This document shows positions 8,511 through 17,695 of a stretch of DNA of 52,940 nucleotides, piece by piece. Under the pieces are notes generated by a model. That model ran no database searches and was not told the DNA's origin. It saw nothing but the letters and a program-made list of their open reading frames with translations. The stretch covers positions 1 through 52,940 of the forward strand of contig JADGQA010000001.1 of assembly GCA_017882185.1 (NCBI GenBank), given 5' to 3'. The position numbers and the translations under genes were made by a program. The number at the start of each line of letters is the position of its first letter. Position 1 is the stretch's first letter. This DNA comes from Bacteroidota bacterium. GTDB lineage: Bacteria; Bacteroidota; Ignavibacteria; UBA10030.

Positions 8511-9710
8511 ATGAACACACTGCTACTGGAAAATATCCATCCGAGCGCTGTGGCGACACTGGAGAACAGCGGGGTAAACGTTCATTCCGCAGGAAGCGCA
8601 CTGGAAGAAGAGAGTCTCATCGCCAAGCTCGAGGGCGTTTCGATTCTCGGTATCCGGTCACGCACGCAGATTTCGAGCCGTGTCTTCGAACACGCGAAAG
8701 ATCTTCTTGCGATTGGTGCGTATTGTATCGGCACGAACCAGATCGATCTCAATGCTGCTTCGTTGCACGGAGTGGCGGTGTTCAATGCTCCCTACAGTAA
8801 CACAAGGAGCGTCGCAGAATTGGTCATTGCAGAGATTATTCTTCTGATCCGCCGTCTTTACGACAAAATCGTGAAGGCTCATCAAGGCGTGTGGGATAAA
8901 ACAGCGGAAAACGCCAGGGAAGTGAGAGGCAAGAAACTCGGGATCATCGGGTTTGGCAACATCGGTTCCCAGGTTTCCACGCTCGCAGAGTCCATGGGGA
9001 TGGATGTGTATTACTACGATGTGGTGGACAAGCTGAGTATCGGCAACGCAACACGAGTAACGACTCTCAAAGAACTCCTGAACATCGCCCAGATTATTAC
9101 GATCCACGTTGATGGGAACCCGGCCAACGCCAACCTCATCGATGAAGCAGAATTCCGCGCGATGAACGATGGAGTGATTCTCCTGAATCTCAGCCGCGGT
9201 TACGTTGTGAACGTCGACGCGCTCGCACGGAATCTTAAGAATGGAAAAGTTGCAGGAGCGGCAATCGATGTCTTCCCGAAAGAACCTAAGAATGAAAAAG
9301 AAACGTTTTCATCGCCACTGAGGGGGTTATCCAATGTCATCCTAACCCCGCACATCGGCGGAAGCACGGAGGAAGCCCAGGAGAATATCGCACACTTTGT
9401 TTCGAGCAAACTCCTGGAATATGTCCACACGGGGAGTACCTACACAAGCGTCAATTTCCCCAGGATCAGTCTTCCACAAACGGATGGTTCCCAATCGCAC
9501 AGATTGTTGCACGTTCACCGCAACGTTCCGGGAGTCCTTTCCCACATCAACGGCATCTTTGCCAAAAACAATGTGAACGTGTTGTCGCAGTACCTAAGAA
9601 CGAATGAGCTTATTGGCTATGCGATTGCGGATGTTGACAAAGAGTACAAGGATTCGCTGTTCGAAGACCTTCAAAGAGTCGACCACACAATCAGGGTAAG
9701 AATCCTGTAG
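8511..9710 (+). CDS. serA: D-3-phosphoglycerate dehydrogenase
   Basis: The protein has a 2-hydroxyacid dehydrogenase fold with the NAD motif GIIGFGNIGSQV and catalytic-region LTPHIGGSTEEAQ, plus a C-terminal ACT-like segment. It is 399 aa long. Confidence 0.85.
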   Translation: MNTLLLENIHPSAVATLENSGVNVHSAGSALEEESLIAKLEGVSILGIRSRTQISSRVFEHAKDLLAIGAYCIGTNQIDLNAASLHGVAVFNAPYSNTRSVAELVIAEIILLIRRLYDKIVKAHQGVWDKTAENAREVRGKKLGIIGFGNIGSQVSTLAESMGMDVYYYDVVDKLSIGNATRVTTLKELLNIAQIITIHVDGNPANANLIDEAEFRAMNDGVILLNLSRGYVVNVDALARNLKNGKVAGAAIDVFPKEPKNEKETFSSPLRGLSNVILTPHIGGSTEEAQENIAHFVSSKLLEYVHTGSTYTSVNFPRISLPQTDGSQSHRLLHVHRNVPGVLSHINGIFAKNNVNVLSQYLRTNELIGYAIADVDKEYKDSLFEDLQRVDHTIRVRIL

Positions 9711-9805
9711 TTGTGCGAACCGAGTTCTCTTCTTGCCTTCCCTTCGAAACTTTGCTAATTTGCACTTGAACACCGTTTAATCTGAAGTGTTGAACGTGCA
9801 GAGCG

Positions 9806-9853
9806 ATTGCCGCAATTCCGCAATCAACGTTCTGCAATCTGCAATTGAATTGC
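9806..9853. repeat. cluster of GCAAT(T) motifs (4 direct, 2 inverted) immediately upstream of tRNA-Leu
   Basis: GCAAT occurs at 9812, 9820, 9834 and 9841. ATTGC occurs at 9806 and 9849. A related heptamer array is at 47022-47058. Confidence 0.5.
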
Positions 9854-9937
9854 CGGGGTGGCGGAACTGGTAGACGCACAGGACTTAAAATCCTGTATCC
9901 TGCAAAGGGTGTGCGGGTTCAAGTCCCGCCCTCGGCA
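9852..9937 (+). tRNA. tRNA-Leu (anticodon TAA)
   Basis: The manual cloverleaf has acceptor GCCGGGG/CCTCGGC (one G-U pair), anticodon loop CTTAAAA, a long variable arm, and T arm GCGGG-TTCAAGT-CCCGC. The gene is uninterrupted, with no intron. Confidence 0.92.
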
Positions 9938-10042
9938 CAAAATTGGATTGTTCAAGTTGAGGAGTGACGCTGATAGCGTCACGACGACATCCTGCTGTTC
10001 TTTCGCCACGATTCCTAACCCCTCCAATGAAAGGAGTTGACC

Positions 10043-10408
10043 ATGCGAGCATTTGGCATTCTTCTGCTTGTGTCATTCCTTATCGGCTGTGGTCAGAAAC
10101 CTGTCAGCTATCGAGACAAAATCCAGCCGATTCTGAATAACCGATGTGTCAGTTGTCACGGATTAGATAAGCCTGCAGCCAGAATTGTTCTGACGTCCTA
10201 CGAGAACTTGATGAGTTCAAAGGCCACCAAGTTTAAGAAACCGATCGTTATTGCAGGAAACCCCTCCGAAAGTTGGTTGTACCTCAGAAGCGGAACAGAC
10301 CAACCTCATTTTCGCATGCCGCCGGATACCGTGAGCATAACACCTCTTTCGAAAGACGAAATAGAGCTGTTAGGGAAGTGGATACGTCAGGGTGCAAAGA
10401 ATAATTGA
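10043..10408 (+). CDS. small lipoprotein with a c-type cytochrome (CxxCH, PSCyt1-like) motif
   Basis: The start is trimmed to the ATG at 10043, after AAAGGAG. The lipobox is LLVSFLIGC. The heme motif NNRCVSCHG is followed later by FRMPP, a possible Met ligand. Confidence 0.55.
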   Translation: MRAFGILLLVSFLIGCGQKPVSYRDKIQPILNNRCVSCHGLDKPAARIVLTSYENLMSSKATKFKKPIVIAGNPSESWLYLRSGTDQPHFRMPPDTVSITPLSKDEIELLGKWIRQGAKNN

Positions 10409-10526
10409 GTCCCATAGGCGGTTGTCTTTTCAAATTTCCTAGCGTAACTCCGAACTAGTTACACCAGCGGCACCAGTCTTCAACTCATCTTGAGTCGTTT
10501 CCTACGACAGGTACACTAGCCAAGTC

Positions 10527-12320
10527 ATGAAACGCGCCATTTTGATCCTTGTCGCCTTGTCTACAACCCTTTTCGCCCGACAAGACACCACTCGTCTAGA
10601 ATCACCTCAACAGAAAACCGATCGGATCCGGTGGTGGAGGGAAGGACGATTCGGCATGTTTATCCACTGGGGACCGGTGAGTCTGGAAGGGACGGAAATC
10701 AGCTGGTCTCGCGGAGGCGAGCGGAGAGGGATCGAAGGTAAAGGCGAAATCCCGGTCGAAGTGTACGATAATCTTTACAGGAAATTCAATCCGGTTCAAT
10801 TCAACGCGAAGGAATGGGTCTCTATCGCCCGCTCCGCCGGAATGAAATACATGGTCCTCACGGCGAAGCACTGCGACGGATTCTGTCTCTGGCGATCAAA
10901 GGTCGATGACTACAACATTGGCAATTCTCCTTTCCAGCGTGATGTGTGCGGAGAGCTGGCAAGCGCCGCCCACGAGGCCGGAATGAGAATCGGCTGGTAC
11001 TACTCGCCGATGGACTGGCGCGATCCCGACTGCCGCACCGAACGGAACGACATCTACGTGAAGAAGATGCAGGGGCATCTGCGCGAACTCCTCGGCAGTT
11101 ACGGGCGTATCGATTTGCTCTGGTTCGATGCGGACGGCGGACCGATCCCGTGGGATCAGGATCGGACGTACGGCATCGTCCGGGAATTGCAGCCGCAGCT
11201 CGTTATTGACGACCGGCTCTGGCTGGGAAAATACGCCGACCGAAATCCGGAACTGATCGATCCCCGTGCGGACTACAAGACGCCAGAGCAGCGTGTCGGC
11301 GCATTCGAAAATCGGATTCCTTGGGAAACCTGCATGACACTCGGCACTCAGTGGTCGTGGAAACCGAATGACAAAATCAAGTCGTATGATGAATGCGTCC
11401 GTATCCTTGTCCAGTGTGTCACGGGAGATGGCAATCTGTTGCTGAATGTCGGACCAATGCCTGATGGCAGAATCGAACCCCGACAGGTCAATGTCCTCAA
11501 ACAAATTGGAGTGTGGCTTGAGAAATTTGGAGAAAGTATTTACGGTACTCGGGGCGGTCCGTTCCGCAATGGCAACTGGGGTGGATCAACACGGAAAGGG
11601 GACGTTGTCTATCTTCACATAGCTCAGTGGGAAGGGGATGAGTTGTGGTTACCCCCGCTTGCTGCCGTCATTAAGGAGAGCAGCGCGTTAACAGGAGGAG
11701 ACGTCCGCATCGATCAATCCGATCAGGGCGTCGTGATCCGAATGCCGTCGAAACAGCACGATCGATTTGACACTATTGTAAAGCTGCATCTTGACAGGTC
11801 GGTCGTTGGAATAGAGCCCGTCGAAGTGAAAGGGTCGGACGCGATGGACACAAAAGGAATTGTGATTCGTTTAACCTCGCAGCCCGATTCCCCGTTTGTC
11901 GCGAATGGTGCCGGGCTGCTTCTGGACGGCGTTCGCGGCACCACGGACCGGATGGACGGCAAATGGCTGGGTTTCTTGGGAAATGATTTTGAGGCAACGA
12001 TCGATCTGCAGACGGTGAGACAGCTTGGTCGGATTGATGTCGGATGTTTGCAAGAGCAAGTCTCGTCGATCTTCTTCCCCAAATCAATCTCCGTATCAGT
12101 CTCAAATAACGGCACGGAATTCCGTCCGATCGGTAATGTCAGCACAAGCCAGCCCATCGAGGATGCCGAAATAAAGAGCCGCGACTACACAGTCTCTTTT
12201 CAGCCCACTAAGGTGTGCTATGTTAGGATACAAGCGGCGAACATCGGAACGTGTCCTCCCTGGCATTCGAATCGGGACGGGAAGGCGTGGCTCTTCGTGG
12301 ATGAGCTAAAGTTGAAATAG
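10527..12320 (+). CDS. alpha-L-fucosidase (GH29) with C-terminal discoidin/F5-8 type C-like domain
   Basis: A signal peptide is followed by WWREGRFGMFIHWGPVS, MKYMVLTAKHCDGFCLW and LLLNVGP, typical of GH29. The C-terminal roughly 150 aa (LLLDGVRG...WLFVDELKL) resemble a carbohydrate-binding beta-sandwich. Confidence 0.85.
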   Translation: MKRAILILVALSTTLFARQDTTRLESPQQKTDRIRWWREGRFGMFIHWGPVSLEGTEISWSRGGERRGIEGKGEIPVEVYDNLYRKFNPVQFNAKEWVSIARSAGMKYMVLTAKHCDGFCLWRSKVDDYNIGNSPFQRDVCGELASAAHEAGMRIGWYYSPMDWRDPDCRTERNDIYVKKMQGHLRELLGSYGRIDLLWFDADGGPIPWDQDRTYGIVRELQPQLVIDDRLWLGKYADRNPELIDPRADYKTPEQRVGAFENRIPWETCMTLGTQWSWKPNDKIKSYDECVRILVQCVTGDGNLLLNVGPMPDGRIEPRQVNVLKQIGVWLEKFGESIYGTRGGPFRNGNWGGSTRKGDVVYLHIAQWEGDELWLPPLAAVIKESSALTGGDVRIDQSDQGVVIRMPSKQHDRFDTIVKLHLDRSVVGIEPVEVKGSDAMDTKGIVIRLTSQPDSPFVANGAGLLLDGVRGTTDRMDGKWLGFLGNDFEATIDLQTVRQLGRIDVGCLQEQVSSIFFPKSISVSVSNNGTEFRPIGNVSTSQPIEDAEIKSRDYTVSFQPTKVCYVRIQAANIGTCPPWHSNRDGKAWLFVDELKLK

Positions 12321-12419
12321 TGGGATTTCCGTAGAAGTTGCAGGGAAGACTCACGGCATTGCGCCATTTGTGTTTTCTATCTTTTCTTGTCGTCGTTCGC
12401 TAGAATGGACGGGTTCGTC

Positions 12420-12815
12420 ATGAGAATTGTCGGTACATTTTTACTGATGGTAGTGTTCGCGCCCGTTGTATCAGCTCAGGAATTGTCGATCATGCGATCG
12501 CCCGATACTCTAACGTTGAGGATGCTAGTGTTTCCTGAACCTGAGAATTCGTTGTGGCGGACTTCCTCGCTCCCTCCCATCAATCCCGCGGATTCTGCAA
12601 GCATGGCGAATCTTCCCCCCGGCTTTCTTCGGAGCGAAATGCTCTCAGATCCGATGGCTTTTCAGGACCGATTTGACCTTGCTTCTTCGCTGAAGTTACA
12701 GTGGCAGAAGGAAGATCGATACAAACTCCTCCGTACGGCGCTGGGCTACATTCAAGGGGGGGGCGAGGCATATTTGTTGTACCGTGCGCTTAAAAAATAT
12801 CATTACATTCATTGA
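12420..12815 (+). CDS. hypothetical secreted protein
   Basis: The start is trimmed to the ATG at 12420, giving the signal peptide MRIVGTFLLMVVFAPVVSAQ. I recognise no domain. Confidence 0.45.
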   Translation: MRIVGTFLLMVVFAPVVSAQELSIMRSPDTLTLRMLVFPEPENSLWRTSSLPPINPADSASMANLPPGFLRSEMLSDPMAFQDRFDLASSLKLQWQKEDRYKLLRTALGYIQGGGEAYLLYRALKKYHYIH

Positions 12816-12827
12816 AGATCGCCTCGA

Positions 12828-13076
12828 ATGGATATTCACGACGGCAAAGGAAAAAAAGTAAAAGTGTGGCTCGATGCGCAGGGTCGCAAAGGGAAGGTTG
12901 TCACTGTCGTGTCGGGACTGATGCACAATCCTGACACAATGGAAGATCTTGCTCGCTTGCTCAAGCAGCACTGTGGTGCGGGCGGTACCGTCAAAAACAG
13001 AAACATCGAAATACAAGGTGATCAACGAAAGCGTGTTGGAGAGAAACTCAAGGAATTGAATTACGTGGTAAATTGA
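12828..13076 (+). CDS. SUI1/YciH-family translation initiation factor-like protein
   Basis: This is an 82-aa protein. GRKGKVVTVVSGL, LKQHCGAGGTVK and IEIQGDQRKRV match the SUI1 fold signature. Confidence 0.8.
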   Translation: MDIHDGKGKKVKVWLDAQGRKGKVVTVVSGLMHNPDTMEDLARLLKQHCGAGGTVKNRNIEIQGDQRKRVGEKLKELNYVVN

Positions 13077-13121
13077 GACCAACGTTTCCACCTTGCTAGT
13101 TCCCAGTGTTTGAATTCCTCG

Positions 13122-13150
13122 TTGATTTTTCCCACATATTTGAGTATTCT
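13122..13150 (+). promoter_or_regulatory. sigma70-like promoter upstream of tRNA-Val
   Basis: TTGATT-N17-TATTCT ends 21 nt before the tRNA 5' end. Confidence 0.4.
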
Positions 13151-13171
13151 ATCATTCGCGTGTAGCCCTAA

Positions 13172-13245
<74 letters not shown>

Positions 13246-13384
13246 CAGGACAATTATTGTAGAAGTTAGAGGGTAGAAGGTAAAGGCAGTAGCGCCTTGG
13301 CTGGGTTGGAGGAGGGGCGAAAAAGGGTTGTAGAAACAGAAGGAACAAGCAGGCATTCGCCGGATTTGCCTGCAGTGAGTGCGG

Positions 13385-13410
13385 AATCGGAGGTTTCTCC
13401 GATTTTTTTT
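13385..13410 (+). terminator. terminator-like hairpin plus T8 ending 10 nt before the thrS ATG (terminator or attenuator)
   Basis: AATCGGAG-GTTT-CTCCGATT is followed by a T-run to 13410. The thrS ATG is at 13421. Confidence 0.55.
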
Positions 13411-13420
13411 GTCTTAGTCG

Positions 13421-15361
13421 ATGAACAAAATCAAAATCACATTTCCCGACGGAAACACCAAGGAATTTGAACAAGGTGTTACGGGACTTCAAATTGCGGA
13501 GAGCATCAGCAAGGGTCTCGCCAAAGAAGCGCTCGCAGTGGAAGTCAATGGCGAAATACGCGATTTGAGTCGTGCAATCACATCGGATTCGTCCATCAAG
13601 ATTCTCAAATGGGCCGATGATGGAGGCAAGTACGCCTACTGGCACAGCTCTGCTCATTTGATGGCTGCCGCCACCGAGGAACTGTTTCCGGGTGTGAAAT
13701 TCGGAATCGGTCCTCCCGTTGAGACAGGATACTACTACGATCTGGATCTTGGCGAGCACACTCTTGTTGCAGAGGATCTTCAGAAGATCGAAGACAGGAT
13801 GCGCGAACTCGCCGCGAAAGACGATCCATACATTCGCGAAGAGAAACCGTGGGAAGATGCTGTTGCCTACTTCAAGAAGAAGGGGGATCAGTACAAACTT
13901 GAGCTCCTCGAGGAATTGAAAGGACAGACCATCTCGTTCTATCATTCCGGCAAGTTCACAGATCTTTGTTACGGTCCGCACATCCCTTCAACAGGAAGGA
14001 TCAAAGCGATTAAGCTTCTGAGCGTCGCGGGAGCATACTGGCGGGGAAACGAAAAGAACAAGATGCTTCAGCGCATCTACGGAGCCACTTTCCCGACACA
14101 GAAGGAGCTCGATGAGTATCTGTTCCGTTTGGAAGAAGCAAAGCGTCGGGATCATCGAAAACTCGGACAAGAACTCGAACTCTTTCTGTTGACTCCGAAA
14201 GTAGGAGGGGGACTTCCGCTTTGGCTTCCGAAAGGAACAATCGTTCGGGAGAGTCTTGAAGGTTTTCTCAAGGAAGAACAGCGGAAACGTGGCTACAAGC
14301 CGGTTGTCACGCCACACATCGGCAACATCAATCTGTACAAGACCAGCGGTCACTACCCGTACTACAAAGACAGTCAGTTCACACCGCTTAAGGTCGAGAA
14401 CGAGGAATACCTCCTCAAGCCGATGAACTGTCCGCACCATTTTCAGATTTATGCCGCGAAACCGCACAGCTACCGGGATTTACCCATACGACTGTCGGAA
14501 TTCGGCACCGTGTATCGATACGAGCAGTCGGGCGAATTGAACGGACTGATTCGCGTTCGCTCTTTTACCGTAGACGATTCTCATATGTTCGTCCGCCAAG
14601 ATCAGCTCAAGGGTGAACTTTGCGACGTTATTGACCTGATCCAGCTGGTGTTTTCGACCCTCGGTTTCAAGGACTTCAAGACAAGGCTATCCTTCCGGGA
14701 CCCCAAGAATAAGGAGAAATATGGGGGAGAGGATCAGATGTGGGAAATGTCTGAAAAAGACATCAAGGAAGCCGCTGACTTAATGAAGTTAAATTACTAT
14801 ATTGCAATCGGCGAAGCTGCTTTTTATGGCCCGAAGATCGACTTCATGGTGCGGGATGCGCTGGGGAGAACCTGGCAGCTGGGGACCGTTCAAGTCGACT
14901 ACGTGATGCCGCAGCGTTTTGACCTCGAGTACACAGGTGCCGATGGTCAGAAGCATCGCCCCGTGGTAATCCATCGCGCTCCGTTCGGATCGATGGAACG
15001 CTTCATGGGCGTTCTGATCGAGCATTTTGCGGGGGAATTCCCGTTGTGGCTTGCACCCATTCAAGCCGTCGTTCTTCCGATAACGGACGTCCACCTCGAA
15101 TACGCAAAACAGGTATTCAAAGAATTCGAAGCATCGGGAGTCCGCGTCGAGTTGGATGACCGGAATGAAAAAATAGGATACAAGATCAGGGATTGGGAAA
15201 CAAAGAAGGTTGCCTACATGCTCGTCGTCGGTGACAAGGAAAAAGAAAACGGAACTGTGGCCGTTCGTCAGCATAAAAAAGGCGACCTTGGACAAATCAA
15301 GAAGGAGGCATTCCTGGCACAAGTGCTCAACACGATAAAGACAAAATCGCTCACCTTATAG
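13421..15361 (+). CDS. thrS: threonine--tRNA ligase
   Basis: The protein has an N-terminal TGS domain (KITFPDGNTKEF), the editing-domain motif HSSAHLMA, class II core motifs (NCPHHFQIY, FTVDDSHMF, HRAPFGSMERF) and a C-terminal anticodon-binding domain. Confidence 0.95.
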   Translation: MNKIKITFPDGNTKEFEQGVTGLQIAESISKGLAKEALAVEVNGEIRDLSRAITSDSSIKILKWADDGGKYAYWHSSAHLMAAATEELFPGVKFGIGPPVETGYYYDLDLGEHTLVAEDLQKIEDRMRELAAKDDPYIREEKPWEDAVAYFKKKGDQYKLELLEELKGQTISFYHSGKFTDLCYGPHIPSTGRIKAIKLLSVAGAYWRGNEKNKMLQRIYGATFPTQKELDEYLFRLEEAKRRDHRKLGQELELFLLTPKVGGGLPLWLPKGTIVRESLEGFLKEEQRKRGYKPVVTPHIGNINLYKTSGHYPYYKDSQFTPLKVENEEYLLKPMNCPHHFQIYAAKPHSYRDLPIRLSEFGTVYRYEQSGELNGLIRVRSFTVDDSHMFVRQDQLKGELCDVIDLIQLVFSTLGFKDFKTRLSFRDPKNKEKYGGEDQMWEMSEKDIKEAADLMKLNYYIAIGEAAFYGPKIDFMVRDALGRTWQLGTVQVDYVMPQRFDLEYTGADGQKHRPVVIHRAPFGSMERFMGVLIEHFAGEFPLWLAPIQAVVLPITDVHLEYAKQVFKEFEASGVRVELDDRNEKIGYKIRDWETKKVAYMLVVGDKEKENGTVAVRQHKKGDLGQIKKEAFLAQVLNTIKTKSLTL

Positions 15362-15371
15362 GAGATACACC

Positions 15372-15959
15372 ATTAAACAAGAACGAGCTCGCGTAAACTC
15401 GGAAATCAAGGCACTGAAAGTGCGTGTGATAGCGGATGATGGAGAGCAGCTGGGGATTATGGGAACCAGAGATGCTCAAAAGGTTGCCAGCGACCGGGCC
15501 CTTGATTTGATCGAAATCGTGCCGAATGCCGATCCCCCCGTTTGTAAGATCATGGATTTTGGAAAATACCGGTACGAGCTGGCAAAGAAAGAAAAGATCC
15601 AGAAGAAACATCAGCACATCACACTCGTCAAAGAGATTCGATTTCATCCAAACACCGATACGCACGACTTCGAATTCAAGACGAAACACGCGAGAAACTT
15701 CCTTGAAGAAGGACATAAGGTAAAGGCGACGGTGGTCTTCAAAGGACGGGAGATTACGTACCAGGAACAAGGGAGAGAATTGTTGGAACGGTTCTCCGAG
15801 CGGATTTCGGATCTTTCCAAATTGGATCAGGAAGCAAAAATGGAAGGCCGGCAAATGATAGCCATCTACGCCCCCGACAAATCCAAGAAGAAATCCGGGG
15901 ACGCAGCCAAGCAGCCAAAGGAACCAAAGCTTGTCAAAGAGACAAAAACAGCGGAGTAA
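15372..15959 (+). CDS. infC: translation initiation factor IF-3 (ATT start)
   Basis: The track starts at GTG 15420. The frame stays open upstream and reads IKQERARVNSEIKALKVRVIADDGEQLGI, the conserved IF-3 N-terminus. The ATT at 15372 sits 7 nt after AGGAG (15360-15364). An AUU start for infC is well established. Confidence 0.85.
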   Translation: MKQERARVNSEIKALKVRVIADDGEQLGIMGTRDAQKVASDRALDLIEIVPNADPPVCKIMDFGKYRYELAKKEKIQKKHQHITLVKEIRFHPNTDTHDFEFKTKHARNFLEEGHKVKATVVFKGREITYQEQGRELLERFSERISDLSKLDQEAKMEGRQMIAIYAPDKSKKKSGDAAKQPKEPKLVKETKTAE

Positions 15960-15962
15960 ATT

Positions 15963-16157
15963 ATGCCAAAAATGAAGACCCACCGCAGTGCAAAAAAAAC
16001 ATTTAAGATCACCGCGACGGGAAAAGTAAAGCGTCACAAAGCGTTCCGAGCACACATTCTGACCAGCAAGTCGTCAAAGCGCAAGCGTCATTTGCGCAAG
16101 CCGGGGTTGGTGGCAGAGACGGAAGCATACAAGATTCGAAGGTTACTCTCAGCATAA
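15963..16157 (+). CDS. rpmI: 50S ribosomal protein L35
   Basis: MPKMKTHRSAKKTFKITATGKVKR is the canonical bL35 sequence, and the gene follows infC. Confidence 0.93.
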   Translation: MPKMKTHRSAKKTFKITATGKVKRHKAFRAHILTSKSSKRKRHLRKPGLVAETEAYKIRRLLSA

Positions 16158-16177
16158 CAAGAAAGGATTGATCAGCA

Positions 16178-16525
16178 ATGCCGCGTTCACAAAATAAGGT
16201 TGCCTCTCATCGGCGACGAAAAAAACTTCTTGCTTCGGCCAAAGGATACTGGGGTGCCCGCAGCAAGGTCCACAGTATTGCGAAGCATCACGTCGATAAG
16301 GCCGGCACGCATGCGTACCGCCATCGTCGGACGAAAAAGCGCGAATTTCGCTCCTTGTGGATCGCCCGTATCAATGCTGCTGCACGATTGCATCATATAT
16401 CCTATTCCCGTTTGATCGCCGGTCTCGACAAAAAGCAGGTCGGCATTAACCGAAAGGTGCTTGCAGACCTTGCCGTCAACCATCCACAAGCATTTGCCGA
16501 AGTCGTAAAGTTTGCGACTGCGTAA
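16178..16525 (+). CDS. rplT: 50S ribosomal protein L20
   Basis: HRRRKKLLASAKGYWGARS and RSLWIARINAAAR are the canonical bL20 sequences. Confidence 0.93.
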   Translation: MPRSQNKVASHRRRKKLLASAKGYWGARSKVHSIAKHHVDKAGTHAYRHRRTKKREFRSLWIARINAAARLHHISYSRLIAGLDKKQVGINRKVLADLAVNHPQAFAEVVKFATA

Positions 16526-16668
16526 GAGAAATCTTCTCATCAACTTCCCTCACGTCGGTCGGTTGAAGACGTTCGAGGAGCAACGGTTGGTGGGAAGATT
16601 TTTCATTTCTCGGTCACGGTTGACCGGTGTTCCGAACTTTTGAAGTGAAAATCTGCTAAAAGATCAAC

Positions 16669-17679
16669 ATGCTCGAAACAATCGAACAAACGAAGCAGCA
16701 ATTCCTTTTGGATTTGAGCCAATCCGATACGCTCGATAAGCTAGAACAGCTCCGGATCGCCTATCTGGCGCGTAGCGGCCGGATTGCAGCGCTGTTCGAA
16801 GGATTGAAGAGCGCATCCGTGGCAGACAAGCCCGTGCTTGGCAAGTCCCTGAATGAACTGCGCTCCTTCGCTCAATCGCAGTTTGAAGCGAGGAAAAGTG
16901 AACTCGACGGCGCATCCAAGCCAAAAGAAACATCTATCGATTTAACGCTCCCCGGCCGTCCTCGCCCCATCGGAACCAAGCACCCCGTCATGCAATCCAT
17001 GGAAGAAATGAAGCGCATCTTCGTGAGTATGGGTTTTTCCATCGCTTCCGGGCCTGAAATCGAGAGCGACTACTATAACTTTGGCGCTTTGAATTTTCCT
17101 CCCGATCATCCAGCACGCGACATGCAGGATACCTTCTTCATTTCGAAGGATGTGCTCCTGAGGACGCACACTTCACCGGTCCAAATTCGTGTCATGGAGA
17201 AGCAAAAACCGCCCGTACGGGTCATCATGCCAGGGAGAGTATACCGGAACGAGGCTATTAGCGCGAGAAGTCTGGTGATGTTCTACCAAATCGAAGGATT
17301 GTATGTCGACAAGGGAGTCACGTTTAGTGAGCTCAAAGGGACTCTCGTTTCCTTCGCAAAGCAGTTCTACGGAAGCAACTCCAAGTACCGTTTCCGTCCG
17401 AGTTTCTTCCCGTTCACGGAACCAAGCGCCGAGATGGATATAACCTGCTATATCTGTTCCGGTAAAGGCTGTAGGGTGTGCAAATATTCCGGATGGCTCG
17501 AGATTGTCGGCTCCGGTATGGTCCATCCGAACGTTCTCAAGAATGTCGGCTATGATCCTGAGCTATACACCGGATTTGCATTCGGATTCGGCGTCGAGCG
17601 ACCGACAATTCTCCGGCACGGCATCGATGACATCCGATTACTGTACGAGAATGATGTCCGATTCCTCAGGCAGTTCTGA
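16669..17679 (+). CDS. pheS: phenylalanine--tRNA ligase alpha subunit
   Basis: [35 protein letters not shown] and [11 protein letters not shown] are class II PheS motifs. Confidence 0.95.
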   Translation: MLETIEQTKQQFLLDLSQSDTLDKLEQLRIAYLARSGRIAALFEGLKSASVADKPVLGKSLNELRSFAQSQFEARKSELDGASKPKETSIDLTLPGRPRPIGTKHPVMQSMEEMKRIFVSMGFSIASGPEIESDYYNFGALNFPPDHPARDMQDTFFISKDVLLRTHTSPVQIRVMEKQKPPVRVIMPGRVYRNEAISARSLVMFYQIEGLYVDKGVTFSELKGTLVSFAKQFYGSNSKYRFRPSFFPFTEPSAEMDITCYICSGKGCRVCKYSGWLEIVGSGMVHPNVLKNVGYDPELYTGFAFGFGVERPTILRHGIDDIRLLYENDVRFLRQF

Positions 17680-17695
17680 ATCACTGAGATCGTAA

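Noticed and set aside
9852-9937. I considered a group I intron in tRNA-Leu(UAA), as found in cyanobacteria and plastids.
   Set aside because: The anticodon loop CTTAAAA is contiguous and the gene folds as a normal 86-nt class II tRNA. There is no insertion.
13246-13420. I considered a T-box riboswitch or an E. coli-type tRNA-Thr anticodon-arm operator upstream of thrS.
   Set aside because: There is no GGUGGUACCGCG-like T-box sequence, no specifier-loop architecture and no hairpin loop resembling a Thr anticodon loop. Only a generic terminator-like hairpin can be supported.
16526-16668. I considered a possible Phe-rich leader peptide for pheST attenuation after rplT. It would be TTG/GTG ... 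RFFISRSRLTGVPNF following GAGGAG.
   Set aside because: The Phe codons coincide with the T-rich tract following a hairpin, which is most simply the rplT terminator region. There are only three Phe codons, the start is non-ATG, and no downstream terminator/antiterminator pair exists.
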